Below the pieces are notes generated by a model. It was given only the letters and a program-made list of their open reading frames with translations, was not told the origin of the DNA and did no database searches. DNA of 64,000 nt, taken from contig JALMLS010000637.1 of the NCBI GenBank assembly GCA_038496445.1, positions 124,001 to 188,000 of the forward strand, written 5' to 3'. The stretch's first letter is position 1. Every line of letters starts with the position of its first letter. The stretch is from Trichosphaerium sp. ATCC 40318. Taxonomy: Eukaryota; Protista; Tubulinea. Of this stretch, positions 60,101-64,000 are shown one piece after another. The position numbers and the translations under genes are program-made.

Positions 60101-63100
60101 CTCTGAGTTCATCCTTCATGCTCTGGCAAACCTTGCTATTGCACATCGATCATGGGTGGGTCAGTTACCACAGCTTGCTTCTGTCATCTTGGAAGACTTG
60201 TTCACGATTGGGTGTATCCTTTTTTATGTTTTGGATTCGAATCATCTCGTTGTACTGCAGTTATTGTTTCCTTGACAAGCAAGATATCATTGACGGATCA
60301 AAAGAATTATTTTATAAGTCAGTACAATCAATATTAGCTGAGATGTGTAATGCAGACATAAATAATGTACGCGAAAGTTCTTGTATTTATTGTTCTTTTT
60401 GGTTCTAAGAAAACTTCATCAACCGTGATTGATTCATCCGCTGAATCTTTTAATTGCTTACAACCTTAGGTGGCACGTCTCATATCGTTGGCGAATGAGT
60501 ACATGCCGAAACTTGGGAAGAGTATGGGCGTTTACCTTTTCAAGAGCCTACCTCTTGATAAATTCGTTGCTGATACATCACTCATTTCAACTATGGAGAA
60601 ATGGATACTCGATGACCTAGTACGATTCCTTATCCTATCTATCTATATATATATTATATTTAACATTGTTGTTTTGCTGCTATTAGCAAGAGCGCAACAA
60701 GCACAAGACGCAGGTTGGTGAATTTTTATTATCTGCCAATTCTTTGGTGTGTTTTTTTTTTATTTATTAGTTGTTGTTATTGTTATTTGTTGATGTGTTT
60801 AGGCTTCACCTCAAAGCTCAATTGCTAGATGTATTATTGATGGCTTAAACTGGGGAAAACATCCAGGAACAGATGAGTTATTCTTATCTTCTGCAGTTCA
60901 TCGAGAAGTTAGTGTTATGCTTATCAAGGTATTCCAGTGTCAATATCGATGAGCTGATAGCTCATTTATGTTTGTAGGTGCTATTACATCATTTGAATCA
61001 GCCTGTTGGATTCTTAGATTACATGACATCAACGGACATGAAAAACTTTCAAGATTGGTTAACTAGTACATTATTAAAAGCACAACATTATACAATATCA
61101 GCAAGACCAAGATTACCACTAAGAAACTACAAGGAAGCTAGTCAGGTAGATCTAATTCGTCACCATTCCAAACACAAAAATGATCTTATCTTTTGTAGTA
61201 TGTCACAGATATGATAGCAAAGGGTACCAGCATAAATCCTTGTGTAGCGTACTTCTGTCTAAGCGTCACTGAATCTGCATCTTGTATGCGTAATTTTAAA
61301 AAGGAAGGCGCTTTACTATTGAAGCATCTTGTACGTCCAAATTTCTCGTCGTTTCATAACACGTGGATACAAAGAACCTATTTTTGCTTTAAATTTTAAC
61401 TTTGCATTCGACTGTCATCTAATAAATTAATAGGCACCTCCTGGACCTATGTTCTTGTGTCTACGTATACTAGAAGATGTTATTCCTGTATTATGTAGAG
61501 ATAAAGAGTTTGAAATGCCTGAAGAAGGGATAATAGGAAATTCAGTATTATTACAACTTCTAAACACAGATACTGGTATGATCAGATACAAAAGAAAACC
61601 CCGAATAATCATTCTCTAACATCTTGTTATAGGTTGGTTTTATAATACAATTAAGACTCCTGATGAACCTACAAGTGTAGTCTATCAGCTGAAAATGATC
61701 ATAATACGACAAATGACTACTTTATTAAATACACAGCAACAAGATATTGCAAAGAATGTCTACAACTTTTGGTTAAGCGGTACTTGTTCGTATTCACGTA
61801 ACGTGTTTTTTATAATATATTAGAGCTTATGAGTATTCCCACATGGTTTAAGACTACCAGCACTTCGTACTTGTGTGATTTCTTGGCTTTATTAGGCCAC
61901 TATATTGATCCTCAAGGCTTGATCATCTCAAAGAGTTTAAAAAGTGAGGTCGAACGAACGTAAGTGAGGCATAAAGCTTTTGTTGTGGCTTATTTTCATT
62001 GCAGGAAGAAAGAAAAGGAGACATCATATGGATGGTTTGTTTCTGGTTTGATGGCCGGAACAGGTTCTTTCTGGAGTAGTAAACCTGCCAGAGAGCTTGA
62101 GAGGCCATGGTTGTCATTGGAGTACCTACGTACACTATTTTAATGTTTTCGTTTGCAACCTTTGTACCTGTTAATGTTTTCTTTTTAGTGTCTCAAATCG
62201 AAGAGGAAAAACGTGATTGGTTGTCATTAGGTGAGGATCTTGAGCAAAAGTCATCAAATAACTATTTGGACGTTAATAAACTATCACGTGACATGAGTAC
62301 GATCATTTTTTTTGAAAAGCACTTACAATACTCAAAATCTATTGTTTTAGAAGCCATTGTAGCCAAGAAGTGGGCTATTTATTCTGTAGAAGCTGCTGCT
62401 ATGGCCATTGATCCTGATCACCCACTTGTACCTATTTATTGGCAACTATTCTTTATTCTTTTCTTTCACAGAACAAGAAACGATTTTGTATTTGGAGGTA
62501 GATTATACTATAGCAAGAGCAAAATGTACGCGTTGTATACTATGATCCTTCATGCGCTTCAACAGTGGTAACTTTTTATGCTTTAGATCTAGAATAGCAA
62601 AGATTCAAGAAAAGCTATATGGCCTAGAAAAGCATTTTTCAAGCTTGCTCAGTACACACGAAGAAGCAGGTTCATCAGATCAAGGTACTGCGCTAATTAT
62701 TTAACTTTGTACTCATTTCTTACTAAGGGCGATTGCTTTCATGTCTTGAACTATTCAGGGCCATGCAACGATGGCTTGAGCTTAATTTCAATACATTGAC
62801 TTATAAACAGTTCTTTGAACTGCCTGATAAACAGTACAATGCTTCACGATTTAATTCTTTACAAGTTTTCTCATCGAGAGCAAACCTGTGGATAGATTTG
62901 GTTCCTATGGGTATTCTATGGGGTGAAGCTATTATATTGAGCAGTCCTGTAGAAAGTGGGACACAAGAGAAGGAGCGTTTAGCGAGGTACTAAATTCGAA
63001 AAAAAGCACATTCTCAAAAATTATTGCAGGTTAACTATGCGTTCACGAGCAAAATCTCTAGTTCTCAAGAGCCATTGTATAAAACCGCCAATCGTTCAAG

Positions 63101-64000
63101 AAGTTGATCTCGTACATTTGGCTCATGCTGTCAAGAATAATAGCAACGTACCTCACCTTTACCAGTTTCATTTTTCTTACACTTTTTTCAAAGCTTGTGT
63201 CCAGTGTGACTAAAGATTTAACTGTATTTACTGGTCCTTCGCAAGATTACAATGCAAGGAAAATGAGATATAGCCAACTTGATGTTCAGTTCTTGGAGCA
63301 GATAGGTCAACTGTGGGTTACGATGGTAAAGAAGGTCAGGAGAGGTAAGATTCTTTGAAATTGTTTGCGTTATACTATATTCTTATCAATCATTGTTACA
63401 ACCCTCCGTAACTAATCTTCTTTAAATAGAAATTCCATGTACTAATGGCCAAAAATGTAAAGGTCCAGCAGTGTTTATGGTTGACTTGTTGGTAAGTAGT
63501 TAGCTTTAGATTTTCTCTTATTAACATGTCAATTAGGTGCCTCAAAGGAATGAAGCTGTACTAAGGGACATGGCACAAAATAGAGATGACGCCATTAATA
63601 TAGGGGACATACTCGTACCGTAAGCAATCGTTTTTTTTTTGTAGAATTGTGAGACTACTTTTTGGCTGAATTCTTACATTTTTCTTATTCTAGTGATAAT
63701 GTTGGATCAACAGCGATTCGTCTAGAATCTACCTTTGGAAACTTGATAAAATATTCGAATACAAAGGTACAAAGTTATTTAATAAGGGCGTAGAACAATG
63801 AAAAGCAGATATTAACGATAATCAACAGGATATACACAAAAGTGGGACTGATATTTTTTATTCTTTGGTTAAAATGAAAACACTTCCTATTGACCTTTAT
63901 CCGCCTTCACGAACCTTCTTCAGCGATTCAATAGCTCGCCTTGCTGTATTACCTGCAAGAACACCTTCTGTACGTATTTAACTATGAGATTAAGAACCTA
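57164..64000 (+). CDS. EPG5: Ectopic P granules protein 5 homolog (autophagosome-lysosome tether); 3' end outside window
   Basis: Very long multi-exon helical protein starting MEAVRERPKKK; DDHLFILERLVRCP and AIDPDHPLVPIYWQLFFILFFHR...FGGRLY resemble conserved EPG5 blocks as I recall them. Confidence 0.8.

Overview
Eukaryotic nuclear DNA: AT-rich and gene-dense, with many short (about 35-100 nt) spliceosomal introns. It looks like a free-living protist, probably amoeba-like, but that is inference and I cannot name the taxon. Housekeeping genes lie at both ends (APC amino-acid permease, mitochondrial uS5m, a G-patch protein, MOCS2A/MoaD, EPG5). Between them is a dynamic accessory block (about 10-55 kb) rich in recognition modules and ubiquitin/ADP-ribose effectors. 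It contains two tandem ankyrin-array + Cys/His zinc finger + PARP-type ADP-ribosyltransferase genes built mostly from one-repeat 99-nt exons and patchily homogenised. It also has an F-box fused to a Ras-like domain lacking switch residues, three other F-box genes, a C-type lectin surface protein, a potato-inhibitor-I protein, several intronless genes, pseudogenes and non-autonomous DNA transposons. Four F-box + MORN-variant repeat loci are present. The most striking structure is at 44.1-45.7 kb: a perfect 61-bp inverted repeat brackets a 466-bp segment carrying the only F-box head of that pair, with a different MORN cassette on each side. This is the geometry of an invertible specificity switch, and it is nested inside a larger inverted duplication. 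All gene models were spliced by eye, so coordinates may be off by a few bases; no database searches were run.
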